Of a DNA stretch of 64,000 nt, positions 12,301 to 23,318 are shown in pieces; position 1 is the stretch's first letter, and each line of letters opens with the position of its first letter. The DNA lies in NCBI GenBank assembly GCA_965112735.1, contig OZ218959.1:248001-312000 (forward strand). The letters run 5' to 3'. Source of the DNA: Phaeosaccion multiseriatum (Eukaryota; Protista; Ochrophyta, other classes). Below the pieces are notes generated by a model. The model was not told the DNA's origin. It saw nothing but the letters and a program-made list of their open reading frames with translations, and searched no databases. The position numbers and the translations under genes are program-made.

Positions 12301-13398
12301 TGCCAGGGTATTGTCTGTGTCAAGGCAAGGGAGTGATGTTGTGGTGCGGTGGTGAGGGGAGGGGGCGCAGGGTCGTGTAGCGCGTCAAGGAGTGGGAGAG
12401 AGAAGGGTGATACAGTGGAGGGAGAGGGGGGGAAAGGGGGAAAGAGAATAGGGGAATGAGGCGGAGCACAGGGGGATAGGTGGAGAGAGGGGCAAGAAGG
12501 TACAGAGAGAGAGGGAGGGAGAGGACACGTGTTTGCCTCGCAGCGGACGAGCGATGCGCTGCACCTAGAGACAGCCGAACGAATATGAGTATTAGTCTAA
12601 TGGTCTTCCGCCCCTCACCTGGTCGTCGGACAAGGTCCAGTTCCCCTTCTCCTCGTCTCCTCGTCTGAAGGCTCCGTTGCACCTCGATAGGGCGTCTTCG
12701 AAGCGCGCCGCAATCTCACAAGAGCCCGCCTGGACGCGGAGCTGCCTGAGCCGCACCGCCCCGACTCGGTAACCGCCGCCTCCCTTGATGAAGAGCAGGT
12801 CCTGGCCCGTCAGAGGCTCCCCATTGTACGTTTGGTTGGGGTACATTGTAGGCAGCATCATGTCAAAGGTCCAGTCGAACCAAGCCTCAGGGGAGCTTAC
12901 TTCCATGTAGGTGGTACGAGGGGCGTAGGGCTGTTGCACGAGGCGAGACACGAGTGCGTTGTTGACCCAGAACGACAGGGAAGTGATACCAAAGTAAATA
13001 TACATGAGAAACACGGAGTAGAACACCATGTACAGCAGGAAGCGCTTCGTCTCCGAGGACAGCTTCGGTGTTGTCTGCTCCTTGCTGCTGTTGGCTTGAG
13101 CGGCAGCTTGGGCCGGGTCCTGCTCGCTGGTTCTTCCCTCGCTCGCATCCATACTGGGCATGTCCGCCTGTTTTCCGTCTTCTAGTTCCACTCCCATGTT
13201 GCCTCGCTCGATGCCTGGAGATGAGAGCGCAGCATAATCAATATCCTGCTTCTTCCTCGGCCTCTTCTTGGAGGTTGGCAAGCGAACTAGCGAAGGATCT
13301 GCAGCGACGACGGGGGGGGGGTGAAGGCGAGCCCCTTCGTCCTCGAAATCATCCCTCTCAATCACCGCTACCACCCGCGTTTTCGCTGCTCGTGGCAT
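9335..13398 (-). CDS. PKD2: Polycystin-2 / TRPP-type cation channel
   Basis: Exons 12619-13398, 11041-12314, 10678-10751, 9752-9864 and 9335-9439, all phase-consistent GT-AG. TOP-domain motifs GAVRLRQLRVQAGSC, YPGSGYVVEL and IDFQTRSIFLEFNLYNP; six TM segments; pore region YRDFFESLATLFDTTLGHF; S6 PFLFISFVLLMVFVVLSMMFAVVNMAFDEV; coiled-coil C-terminus. An upstream in-frame ATG at 13692 is also possible. Confidence 0.9.
10042..10650. repeat. 57-bp minisatellite, ~10.5 near-identical copies, inside PKD2 intron 9865-10677
   Basis: Unit aagcaaatgaagcaagtgaaagcttctcatcccctccccttgctttcaagtacagga; the last copies diverge. Confidence 0.97.
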
Positions 13399-13948
13399 GC
13401 CTTGACTCTGCTGACCGTAACCGATCTTTCTAGGCTTGAGAAGCGAGGGAGGGTCCAAGTTTGGGGGTCGGCCGAAATTTCGTTGCCTTCCTGAAATGTA
13501 ACGCCTTCTATCGCCTTTTTTCCTTTTCCCCCCTGTCGTAGTACTGTACCGTGCTGTGAACGAGGCAGGCGTGTTCGACCAGCAGAAAGAAGAGCGGGGA
13601 ATAGCAGGGAAGACGAGAGGAAGTAGAGGACACCGAACTGATTGGGAGGCAAACAGCTCTGACTTGGGCGAACGACGGGGGCGACCCGTCATGTCTCATC
13701 AGCAGCAGCAGCAGGGCTAGCTTGAGAGCTTTAGGATGGGAATAGCGCCCATGACATGCGTCTGCTTGCCGGATCCAAAGGCGTACAATAAGAAGAACTC
13801 AATGGGGTGCAGATAGGGCGCTGCGGAACGAGAACATGGGGCAGGGGAAATGAGTTTGCCGCCGCAGCAGCGTAAGCGAGGTCCCCGGCCTGCTTAGGCA
13901 GAGAGCTTTGCGGAATAGGAGGAGGGGCTTAGACGGTAGGGGGCGACG

Positions 13949-15274
13949 ATGGGGGCGGTACACGGGCTCTGCATTTCGCGCAGCGCTCCGATACATGCAG
14001 ATGGCAAGACGTCAGATGCAACACCACTAGCAGGGGGCGGCCCCACAGGAGAAGTGGGCGGGTTTCAGAGTTTCATGAGAAGTTTGATGCCGAGCGGCGA
14101 TGGAAGGAATATAGGTAGGCCCTCAGGCAACATGCAGAAGGAGAAGAAGTTCAAGGAGGGCTTTGACGTGGGCAAACAGCTCGGGGCAGGCGCCATGAGC
14201 AACGTGCACGAGTGCACACACAAGGCCACACAGACCAAATATGCCGTCAAGTGCGTATTCCGCACGCAGCTGGGTAAGGAGGAGGAGGCGGCCGTGAAGA
14301 ACGAGATCAGCATCCTCATGCTGCTGGACCACCCGCTGGTGAACAAGCTGCACTGGTGCTTCACCGCCCCGAGAATGTATTACATGGTGCTCGAGGTGCT
14401 GAGTGGGGGGGAGCTCTTCGACCGAATAGTACAGCGCAGGACCTTCGGAGAGGCGGAGGCTCGGCACGCCACCGAACAGATCCTCGAGGCGCTGCGCTAC
14501 ACACACAAGATGAAGGTTGTGCACAGAGACCTTAAGCCAGAGAACCTCTTGCTCACATCCGCCGACGACGACGCCGACGTCAAACTCGCGGACTTTGGTT
14601 TCGCCAAGAACCTAAGCAAAGCAACAGATGGAAGGTGTACCACTTGCTGTGGCAGCCCGGGCTACGTGGCTCCGGAGGTCATCATGGGGATGGCGTACGA
14701 CACCTCAGCAGACATGTGGGGGCTTGGAGTGGTGCTCTTCATCCTGTTGGGGGGCTTCAACCCATTTTACTCGGACGACATCAATGAGGTATATCGGAGA
14801 ACAAAAGGCGCCCGTTACGACCTCACGGAGCCGCACTGGGCACATGTGTCTGAGCAGGCCAAAGATCTCATCTCGAAGCTTCTTGTGGTGGACGTGAAGA
14901 AGAGACTGACGGCGGAGGAGACTCACGAGCACCCGTGGTTCGCGTTGGAGCTGCAGAGCGGCGGTGCCTCCAACATGGAGAGGCTCAGGCTGTTTAACGC
15001 AAAGCACAAGCTCCGTGGGGCCATCCGCACCCTTATCATGGGCAGGGCGTTGAACAAGTTGTTTAGCGACGACGATGCCACAGAGATGGAGGAGCAGCAG
15101 GAGACACCTCAGGGCACAGGGCCGGAGGAGGAGGGGGCGGAGGGGGAGGGGGAGGGAGAGGAGGGCCGGGTCGGCATTGTGATGAGCGTAGAGGGGTGTG
15201 AAAAGGGCACCACAATGACCTCCGTCGAGGGCAGCAAGGACAAGGACAAGAGCGAAGGGGCAGCCTTGGCTTAA
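13949..15274 (+). CDS. Calcium/calmodulin-dependent protein kinase (CAMK group), single exon
   Basis: LGAGAMSNV, AVK, ELFDRI, HRDLKPENLL, DFGFA, CGSPGYVAPE and DMWGLGV are present. The C-terminal RLFNAKHKLRGAIRTLI resembles the CaMKII autoinhibitory/CaM-binding segment. Confidence 0.95.
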   Translation: MGAVHGLCISRSAPIHADGKTSDATPLAGGGPTGEVGGFQSFMRSLMPSGDGRNIGRPSGNMQKEKKFKEGFDVGKQLGAGAMSNVHECTHKATQTKYAVKCVFRTQLGKEEEAAVKNEISILMLLDHPLVNKLHWCFTAPRMYYMVLEVLSGGELFDRIVQRRTFGEAEARHATEQILEALRYTHKMKVVHRDLKPENLLLTSADDDADVKLADFGFAKNLSKATDGRCTTCCGSPGYVAPEVIMGMAYDTSADMWGLGVVLFILLGGFNPFYSDDINEVYRRTKGARYDLTEPHWAHVSEQAKDLISKLLVVDVKKRLTAEETHEHPWFALELQSGGASNMERLRLFNAKHKLRGAIRTLIMGRALNKLFSDDDATEMEEQQETPQGTGPEEEGAEGEGEGEEGRVGIVMSVEGCEKGTTMTSVEGSKDKDKSEGAALA

Positions 15275-16629
15275 GTATGCTGACGTGCGTATTGAAGACG
15301 ATTTGGCACATGAGGCCGAGGACAAAGCAGGCCAGCGGAGGGGTGATGCCTTCCCTGCCTGCCCACTGCGGCTGGGGACTACCCATTGCTCCTGCTCGGC
15401 TGGTGGGGACTGCATAGGCTGTGCAGCAGCCTCTCTTCCTGTCGGTCCCTGTGTTCATCGCCTTCCCTTCCTTCCCTCTCCTCACCACACACTTGAGCTG
15501 GGCGGATGTGGTGCGTGTGCAGTACGTAGCAGGGGGCACACATGATGGCAATAGTTCGTGACAGAGGTCCGTCACTTGAAGTTTCAGCAGTTACGGCCGC
15601 CTCCGGAGCTACGGAACGCAAGAGAGGGAGTGGCGGGGCGGGAGGAGAAGCAGCCGACAGATCCGCCATCCAACTTCCCGGGGGGGTTAGTAGCCCCCTC
15701 GGAGAGTGGCGATGGTGGCCTCGATTCCCCCCCCCCCCCCCCACCCACCCACCCATTGCTTGGAAAGACGTACTTCCACTTGATAAGTACGTAAGCGAAC
15801 ACCTTTCGCAAATGCCATTGGACATTGATATAAAGTAGGAGCAAAGCGAAGGGAAGGAAGGAAGGGATGGGAACACAAAAGTAGGAAAGGGGAGGGGAGT
15901 GGGGGGGGGAGGGGAAGCGGCATGGGAGCGGCCTGCAGGAAGGAGAGACGGCGCGAAGAGCCCTCCGTCCCAATTCAAACTAATAGTAATAGAAACAGCC
16001 CTTGGATTGGCACGGACAGTGGCCTCACTGCCTCTGCTTACTGCTTATATCCTTTACCCTGTACATCTAATCTTACGTAAAGCTTGGAACAAACCCAATC
16101 AAAGAGGCCCAATAACAAACCAAATCAAAGACTCCTCAGCAGTTCAGCAGTTCCGTGCAACTCCTTTGGGCCCCCCATCGCCCTTCAGCAGCGCAGTAAA
16201 GTAAGATACAGATCCTAAAGCTCAACAGAGCACGGCGGGAGATTGATTGCCAAACGTAATGTCCCTCCTGCCGGCCTTGCCCGAGTGGGTACTTTCCCCG
16301 AGGGGGTTGCGTCATATCACCAACTGCTGTGCGGTGCTGGGCGGTGCTGGGCGGTGCTGTGCTGCACTGTGCTGTGCTGTGCTGTATCACCAACTGCTGT
16401 GCTGGGCTGTGACGTCCGTCATGGCCCATGGTCGAGCAGTGTGATCCTTGTGACTCGCCTCGGTACAGGCAGCGGACCGATTCTTTCCTCCTCTCCTCTC
16501 CTCTCCTTTACTGCAGGGCAGGGCAGTTGGTGATACAGGGCAGGGCAGGCGGACTGAAGATGGCAATAGATGGCCGCCCTTCCATGGCACCACCCCATGC
16601 CCCGCTGTCACCACACACACGGCCCAGGC

Positions 16630-16691
<62 letters not shown>

Positions 16692-16741
16692 GGGCTTGCA
16701 CCCCTCACTGCCTCGTCTCGCTCCCCTGCCCACTCAGTCCC

Positions 16742-19044
16742 TCACACGCAGCGACAGCACATGGCAAGGGCGGCAAGGTCCGTGTCCTCCGCCTCTGCTT
16801 ACGACAAGGCCAACAAGGCCAACAAGGCCAACAAGGCCACACAGCAGCGCAGGTACACCAGACGCAGAGCCGCAGATATGACAGGGTGGAAGGGCGGCAC
16901 CCGAGGAAGGGGGAGGGAGAGCAAGGAAAGAAGGGGCGAGAGGGGGTGAGCAAGCGAGCGCCTACTACCCCTACTGGGTGAGTGGGGGGGACCTCGTGCC
17001 ACACATGCCTACCCGGAACCCTCCCCCCCCCCCCCCGGAGCAGGAGGAGTCTCGAGGTCAATAAACTGAAACTGAAACGTACCTAGCTTGCCCGGGTCCT
17101 CAAGGAAGGCTTCAAGGGCCTGCCTCCGCAAGATATCTGCCCTAAACACCTTGGGCCTCTCCTTGGCGATGGACTGGGCGGCCTCGTGCTGGGCAGCGGA
17201 CCCACCCTCCATGAATGCCCCCACCACCTACGGGCGTTGGTGGTACAGGGGAAGAGCACACAGTTGTGAGTAGGGCGTGGGCAGTGAGTGAGTGAGTGAG
17301 TGAGTGCAGAGAGGAAGGTGGGGGGACAGGGGCAGCCCTTCGTTGGTTGAGTCAAGCACTGGGCTCGAGCCGATGGATGGCAAATGGCAGTAGATGGCAG
17401 CAGATGATGGAAGTATATGAGCAAATGTCAGAAGAGAGGCACTGTATCGAACGGACAAAGCATGCATACCCACACTCTCTCTGTCACAGTCACAGCTGGC
17501 ATAGCCACAGTTGGCGTACACGCACCCGCGTCTCGTACACCCAGAACACGCAGAACACGCCCGTGCTGGCGAACGAGTCAAGCCCCATCACCGCAGGGTC
17601 CCCCGCCACCTGCAGCAGCAGTTGGTGATACAGGAGCAGTAGCAGGGGATGGGTCAAGGGCAGGGGCAGAGAGAGGGGCAGAGAGAGGGTGGGAGCAGAT
17701 GGAGGGGGTGGGGCAGAAGCAGAGTGGGGGGAGGAGTCAGAGGTGGGCGGGGGTTGGAAGGACCTGAACGGCAGTGGAAGGAAGGCAGTGGAAGGAAGAC
17801 GGACAAGCTGTCCGCACAGGCAAACTGACAAGATGCCTTGGCTTTTCTGTCACCGGCTTGGAGGGCCAGACTGATTCTCTCCTCTGTCCCCCTCCCCTCC
17901 CCTCCCCTCCCACTCACAATGCCGAAGAATCGCCACCCCCAGTCCAACGCGTGTGAGGAGAACTCTGGAATCTCCTTGTACTTGGTCCAGTATGCCGTCA
18001 CCTCCCCCTCCATCGCCTTCGCCCGAGCCTTTGCTTCCCCCACATCGCCCCCCATCGGGGGCCGTCCGTTGTCACCATCCCCCGTCCCTCCTGAAGGCAG
18101 CACCATGTTCCTTGCGGCTGTAACGGCCATGTCTTTGGCTGTCTGCACGTGTTCGGCTCGGAGTGTGCTGCGACCGAAGCCCGCCACGGACAGAGGGTAC
18201 GAGGCCACGTCCCCTGCCGCGAATACGGACGGGTCTGACGTACGCATGAAAGAATCCACCTGATGGGTGGGGCAGAGGGAGCAGAGGTGTCATGTGTTGA
18301 CAGTCATTCACAGGAAATTCGCACTCACACTTGTCCGTTCCAACCTCCTTCTCTCTTGAGTCGCACCCCTCCCTCTCTTTTGCTCGTAAGTCTCTCGCTC
18401 TTCCCACCTCTTTCTTTATTCTTCGCACCTCTATCTCCCTTCCCACCTCCCTCTCTTTGCTCGCAAGTCTCTCGCTCTTCCTACCTCTTTCTCTATTCTT
18501 CGCACCTCTATCTCCCTTCCCACCTCCCTCTCTTTGCTCGTAAGTCTCTCTCTCTTTTGTTCGTACCTCTCTCTATTGATCGTAACTTCCTCTCTTTTGT
18601 TCGTACCTCTCTCTCCATTCACATGTTCCGCCTCCACCTCTCTCTCTTTTCTGTCTCCCCACCTCTCCCTCTCTGTTTCTCTCTTGCTCTGTCTATTCAC
18701 TCCCCTCTCTTTCGTTCCTCTCTGCCTCTCTCTCTACCTCTCCCTCGCTCTCTCTCTCTCTGTCTCTGTCTCTGTCTGTCTCTTACCTCTATCTCTCTAT
18801 CCCTCTCTCTCTCTCTCTCCCTCTCTCTCTCTCAGTCCCCACCCACCTTGAGGCCCCCTGAGCTGCCCATCTCGAGCTGGTCAGAGAAGAGCTCCGCATT
18901 GGGCACCACGCCGATGCCCACAACCACCGCTCGGGCAGGGACGCGCACCTGTCCAGCCAGTGCAAGGAGGGATGGCAGTGGATGGAGGGGGAGGGAGGGA
19001 GGGAGGGGTGTGTATGTGCGTGAGACGGAGAGAGGAAGAGGATG

Positions 19045-19080
<36 letters not shown>

Positions 19081-21252
19081 TGTGTGGGAGAGAGAGGGTG
19101 TGTGTGTATCCGTGTGAGGGACGGAGAGAGAGAGTATGTTGTGATAGAGAGAGAGGCAGAGAGGGAGAGAGGCGCAAAAGAGCCGCAAAAGAGGCAACCT
19201 CCCCGGCCCAAGTCTAGCCCGAGCCCAAGGCCCGAGGCTAAGGCCAAAGCCAGCCTCGGAGTCCCTAGCATGCCCCCACACGATGCTCTCCTCCTCACCT
19301 CCTCGCCGTCCTGGTCAAGCAGCACCACACCTCGGCACACGGTGAAAGACATGGGCACATGCCCGAACTCCTTCCTCCCCACCGTAGCTCCACCCCCCGG
19401 CTCCTCCTCCCCCCCCACCTCCCCGAGGGCGGCGTCGTAATCATTGGCAGCATACATGCAGTCGAAGGCGCCGCTCTCCTCCAGGTCCCAGAAACGGCTA
19501 ACCTCGTGTAACCGAATGAAACGCACCCCCCTGGCCTCTAGCTTGGCCTCGTAGAAGGCAGCAACCTTGGGGGGCATGAGGCCCGACATAATGTGGGATT
19601 TACGCAACACCACGATGGGTTGGATGGAGCTAGGGGACGGGGGAGAGGAGAGGAGGGGGGGAGGGGGGAGAGGTGAGAGGTGGGCACCACAGGTCTCTCT
19701 CTCTCTCTCTCTCTTGGCTGTTATAAGTTGCTCGACAGCGCCGGAGAAGGCTCATCCGTAGCCCCTTTCACTAAGTCAATAAATACCCCATCTCTCTCTT
19801 GGAGTCGATCCCTCCTCCGCGCCCTGCCCTCGACTCCTGCATCCAAGCACTGTCATGCCCTGCCATCCCCTGCCATCCCCTGCCATCCCCTGCCATCCCC
19901 TGCCATCCCCTGCCATCCCCTGCCATCCCCTGCCATCCCCTGTCATCCCCTGCCATCTTCTCCACTGCCATCCCTTTTCTTCCCTTCCCCCTCCCCATAC
20001 CCCCTCATCCACTGCCATCCCCTCCCCATCCCCCCTTACGTATGGCATACGTACGTGTAGTGTGTGGCCAGTGCCGCCGCCGTCTCCAACACGATGTGCC
20101 CCCCCCCAATCAGCACGACGTTCCGATCCCCTCCGCCCATTCCCGCACCCGAGAATGACCCCGACACTCGGAAGGAAGCCGTCCGGCTCTTGCTGCCCTC
20201 CCCATTCGCGTGGTCGCCGCCATCTGTAGAAAAGGAGAGCCCGTTGCCAATACCACTGCTGCTAGGGGCAAGGGAGGCGATGGTGGAGAAGGCTTTGACG
20301 AGCTTCAGACAGTCGCCCATGGTGCGTAAGCAGTGCACGGAACCGTACCCGCACTTTGTGGAATCGGCCACCTTCGTGCCCTTGATGTCTGGGGGGTGGG
20401 TGGGTGGATGGGTGGGTGGGTGGAGAGAGGGATGGAGGGAGAGGAGGGGAGAGAAGGGGGTCAGACAAGGGGTGAAGGAGAGAGAGCAAGGGAAGGGGAG
20501 AGGGAGAAAGAGAGAGAAGAGAGAGGCAGGGAGAGGGAAGAGAGAGAGAGGGACAGAGAGAGACGAAGAGAGAGAGGGAGAGAGAGATGAAGAGAGAGAG
20601 AGGAAGAGAGAGAGAGAGGGAGAGAGAGACGAAGAGAGAGAGGGAGAGAGAGAGATCAAGAGAGAGAGAGAGGAAGAGAGAGAGAGGAAGAGAGAGAGGG
20701 AGAGAGAGACGAAGAGAGAGAGAGAGGGAGAGAGAGAGGCTGAGGGATCAAGAGACACTATACTATAGAGAATGCGCTGTGCTCCGGCGCCCCCCTCTCT
20801 GCCCCCCTCCCCCCTCGTCGGCTGCCATCCCTCCCTCACGCCCCGTGTGCCTCCAACTCTTATCTACCCACCGGGGTGGTCCAATACGAAGCAGCCCGAG
20901 AGGGCCCCTTGCCCGAACTGCCAAGGCCTACTCCCCGTGGCCACGAGCAACTTGTCCCAGCTGAGGCGCCTCTGCTTGGCCTTGGTGAGGGTCTTGCCCT
21001 TCTCGTTAACCTTGAGAGGGGGGAAGGGGAGATGGCAACAGATGGCAGGGTGGGGGGTCAGGGCGGGCGGCTCATTGCGAGCAGAAGGGTGGGAGGGTGG
21101 GAGGGTGGGGGGGGGTGCACAAGAGGGAGGGAGCCGGGGAGAGGAGGCGAGAGGGAGCTAGCCCTTCCCCCTCCATTCGGCAAGGCAAGGACACTGACCC
21201 CCAAATTCAAGACCCGACGCGTCGCGTCTTGTCTCAATCTCTCTTGTCCTCC

Positions 21253-21298
<46 letters not shown>

Positions 21299-22160
21299 CT
21301 CTCTGACCTCCTCCCTCTCTCAGTCTCTTCCCTCCTTCTCCCTCTCTCTTGATGCTCCTCCCTCTCTCTTGATCCTCCTCCCTCTCTCTTGATCCTCCTC
21401 CCTCTCTCTTGATCCTCCTCCCTCTCTCTTGATCCTCCTCCCTCTCTTGATCCTCCTCCCTCTCTCTTGATCCTCCTTCTCCCTCTCTTGATCCTCCTCC
21501 CTCTCTCTTGATCTTCCTCCCTCTCTCTTGATCCTCCTCCCTCTCTCTTGACCCCCCTCTCTCTTTTCTCTCTGACCTCCTACCTCTCTCAGTCTCTTCC
21601 CTCCTCCCTCTCTGTCTTGGTCCTTCTCTCTCGCTCAGTCTCTGTGCTTCCCTCCTTCCCTCTCTCTCAGTTCTCCTTCTTCTCCTCCTCCTCCCCCCTC
21701 CCTCTCTCCATCTCTACTCGAACCGTACCTGCTCCACAGTGAGGTCTCGCTGCTTCACGTCCACCTCCGCGCAGTGAGCCCCCGAGAAGAGCGTGATGTT
21801 ATGGCTAGCGTACCACTTGGGGCCTCGAGCCGGGTACCCCTCCCCCGCGCTGCAGAAGGGAAAGCTCTCCACCCCCGCTTTGCTCAGCCAGTCCCGCATG
21901 AGGGGCTGCTCGGGGTCCAGAGCCGCCTTACTGAGAGAAGGCCGCTCGTAAGGAGCGAGCTGGTCAGGGTCGGATGTGATGATGGCCACTTTGGGCTTCC
22001 TCTTGCGCAGGTTGTGCCCCACGTAGGGCCTGATTGCACTGGGACAGGTGGTCTTGACCTCTTGCTCATCGCTCAGGCGGACCAGCTCCTCGGCAAACGC
22101 CCCTGCCGCCACGCCACCGCCCACGACCACAATGTCGAAGAACTCGGCCTTGTCCGGCAT
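16742..22160 (-). CDS. Monodehydroascorbate-reductase-like FAD/NAD(P)H oxidoreductase
   Basis: Exons 21729-22160, 20872-21010, 20055-20388, 19299-19629, 18847-18948, 17918-18259, 17526-17609, 17083-17227 and 16742-16797 (last exon tentative). Motifs: DIVVVGGGVAAG, APYERPSLSKA, WDKLLVATGSRP, VHCLRT, VLIGGGHIVLE, VVVGIGVVPN, TSDPSVFAAGDVA, EHV, W.FFG, VVGAFMEGGS. Confidence 0.88.
19860..19955. repeat. (TGCCATCCCC)n 10-bp minisatellite in an MDHAR-like gene intron
   Basis: About 9 tandem copies are visible. The same motif family recurs in many introns. Confidence 0.95.
21350..21552. repeat. ~20-bp minisatellite (GATCCTCCTCCCTCTCTCTT)n in MDHAR-like intron 1
   Basis: About 10 slightly variable tandem copies. 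Confidence 0.9.
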
Positions 22161-22756
22161 TTTATCGCCTCCCTCGCCCTCCCAGAAGGCTGTGGTACTC
22201 AACACTAGCAGGAAAGGACAAGGTGTGGATTATGGTGTGTCTACCTAGCGTCCTTGGTCAACACCCACCCCCTCACTCCATCCTCCCTCACCTCTGAACC
22301 TGGATCCAAGAGAGCAATTTCAAAAGCAAAACACTCCCCCTGCGGCTGCGAAAACGGGGGGAAACGCAGCACAAGCGCGCCACTACACACAACACAAATC
22401 TTACGTGTGTGAGGGCAGAGTCTGAAGTGCACAGGGGCAGAGAGGGGAGTATAAAAAGGGAAATCTTTCTGTTCCGAATCCAAATCAAGCAGGGGCTAAA
22501 AATCTGAAACTGAAACTCCTAATTTTTGTTTTGTTTTTGTTTTTGACGCGGATTTGCCTTCGATCGCCTCCCTCCAGTCCCTCCAGGCTCCAGGCTCCAG
22601 GCTCAAGGCCGCGGCGCCGGACCATCGAGGACCAGCACACAGCACACCAGCACTCGTTACTTTCAGACAACCATAGATGGCACTTAAGGGTGTAATATAA
22701 CCCGAACACCAGACCACCAACAGGGGGAGTAACCGGCCTCTGGCGGGCCCCAGCGA

Positions 22757-23090
22757 CACAGAGACACATGCACACGCGCACACACACACACTTTCAGTTT
22801 CTTAGGCCTAGGTGACTCCTATCACAGAGACACATGCACACGCGCACACACACACACTTTCAGTTTCTTAGGCCTAGGTGACTCCTATCACAGAGACACA
22901 TGCACACGCGCACACACACACACTTTCAGTTTCTTAGGCCTAGGTGACTCCTATCACAGAGACACATGCACACGCGCACACACACACACTTTCAGTTTCT
23001 TCTTCTTCTTAGGTGACTCCTATCACAGAGACACACACACACACTTTCAGTTTCAGTTTCTTAGGTTTAGGTGACTCCTATCACAGAGAC
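22757..23090. repeat. 66-bp intergenic minisatellite (~5 copies, last ones degenerate)
   Basis: Unit cacagagacacatgcacacgcgcacacacacacactttcagtttcttaggcctaggtgactcctat starts at 22757, 22823, 22889 and 22955, followed by degenerate copies. Confidence 0.95.
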
Positions 23091-23189
23091 CTCTCATGAT
23101 GGTCATGCGGCATGAGCTCTGCGTGTGCCTATGGCCGTATGGCCTATCGCCGCATGGCCTATTGCCCCCTATTGCCGTATGGTCTATTC

Positions 23190-23296
23190 GGCCCCTGACA
23201 TGCTTCTGAGGCGACCCTGCTTCCTGCTTCTGGCCGGCGCCAGCCGGCCTGTTTCCTGCTTCTGGGCTGGCCTGTCTCAGAAGCATGTCAGGGGCC
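23190..23296. mobile_element. Putative 107-bp MITE-like element with perfect 21-bp terminal inverted repeats
   Basis: ggcccctgacatgcttctgag (23190-23210) is the exact reverse complement of ctcagaagcatgtcaggggcc (23276-23296). A diverged partial copy lies at 52720-52779. No clean TSD is visible. Confidence 0.55.
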
Positions 23297-23318
23297 ATAT
23301 GGTCTATCGCCGCATGGC

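Noticed and set aside
22757-23090. CRISPR or telomeric array
   Set aside because: The units are contiguous with no spacers, and TTAGG words are isolated rather than tandem telomeric repeats.
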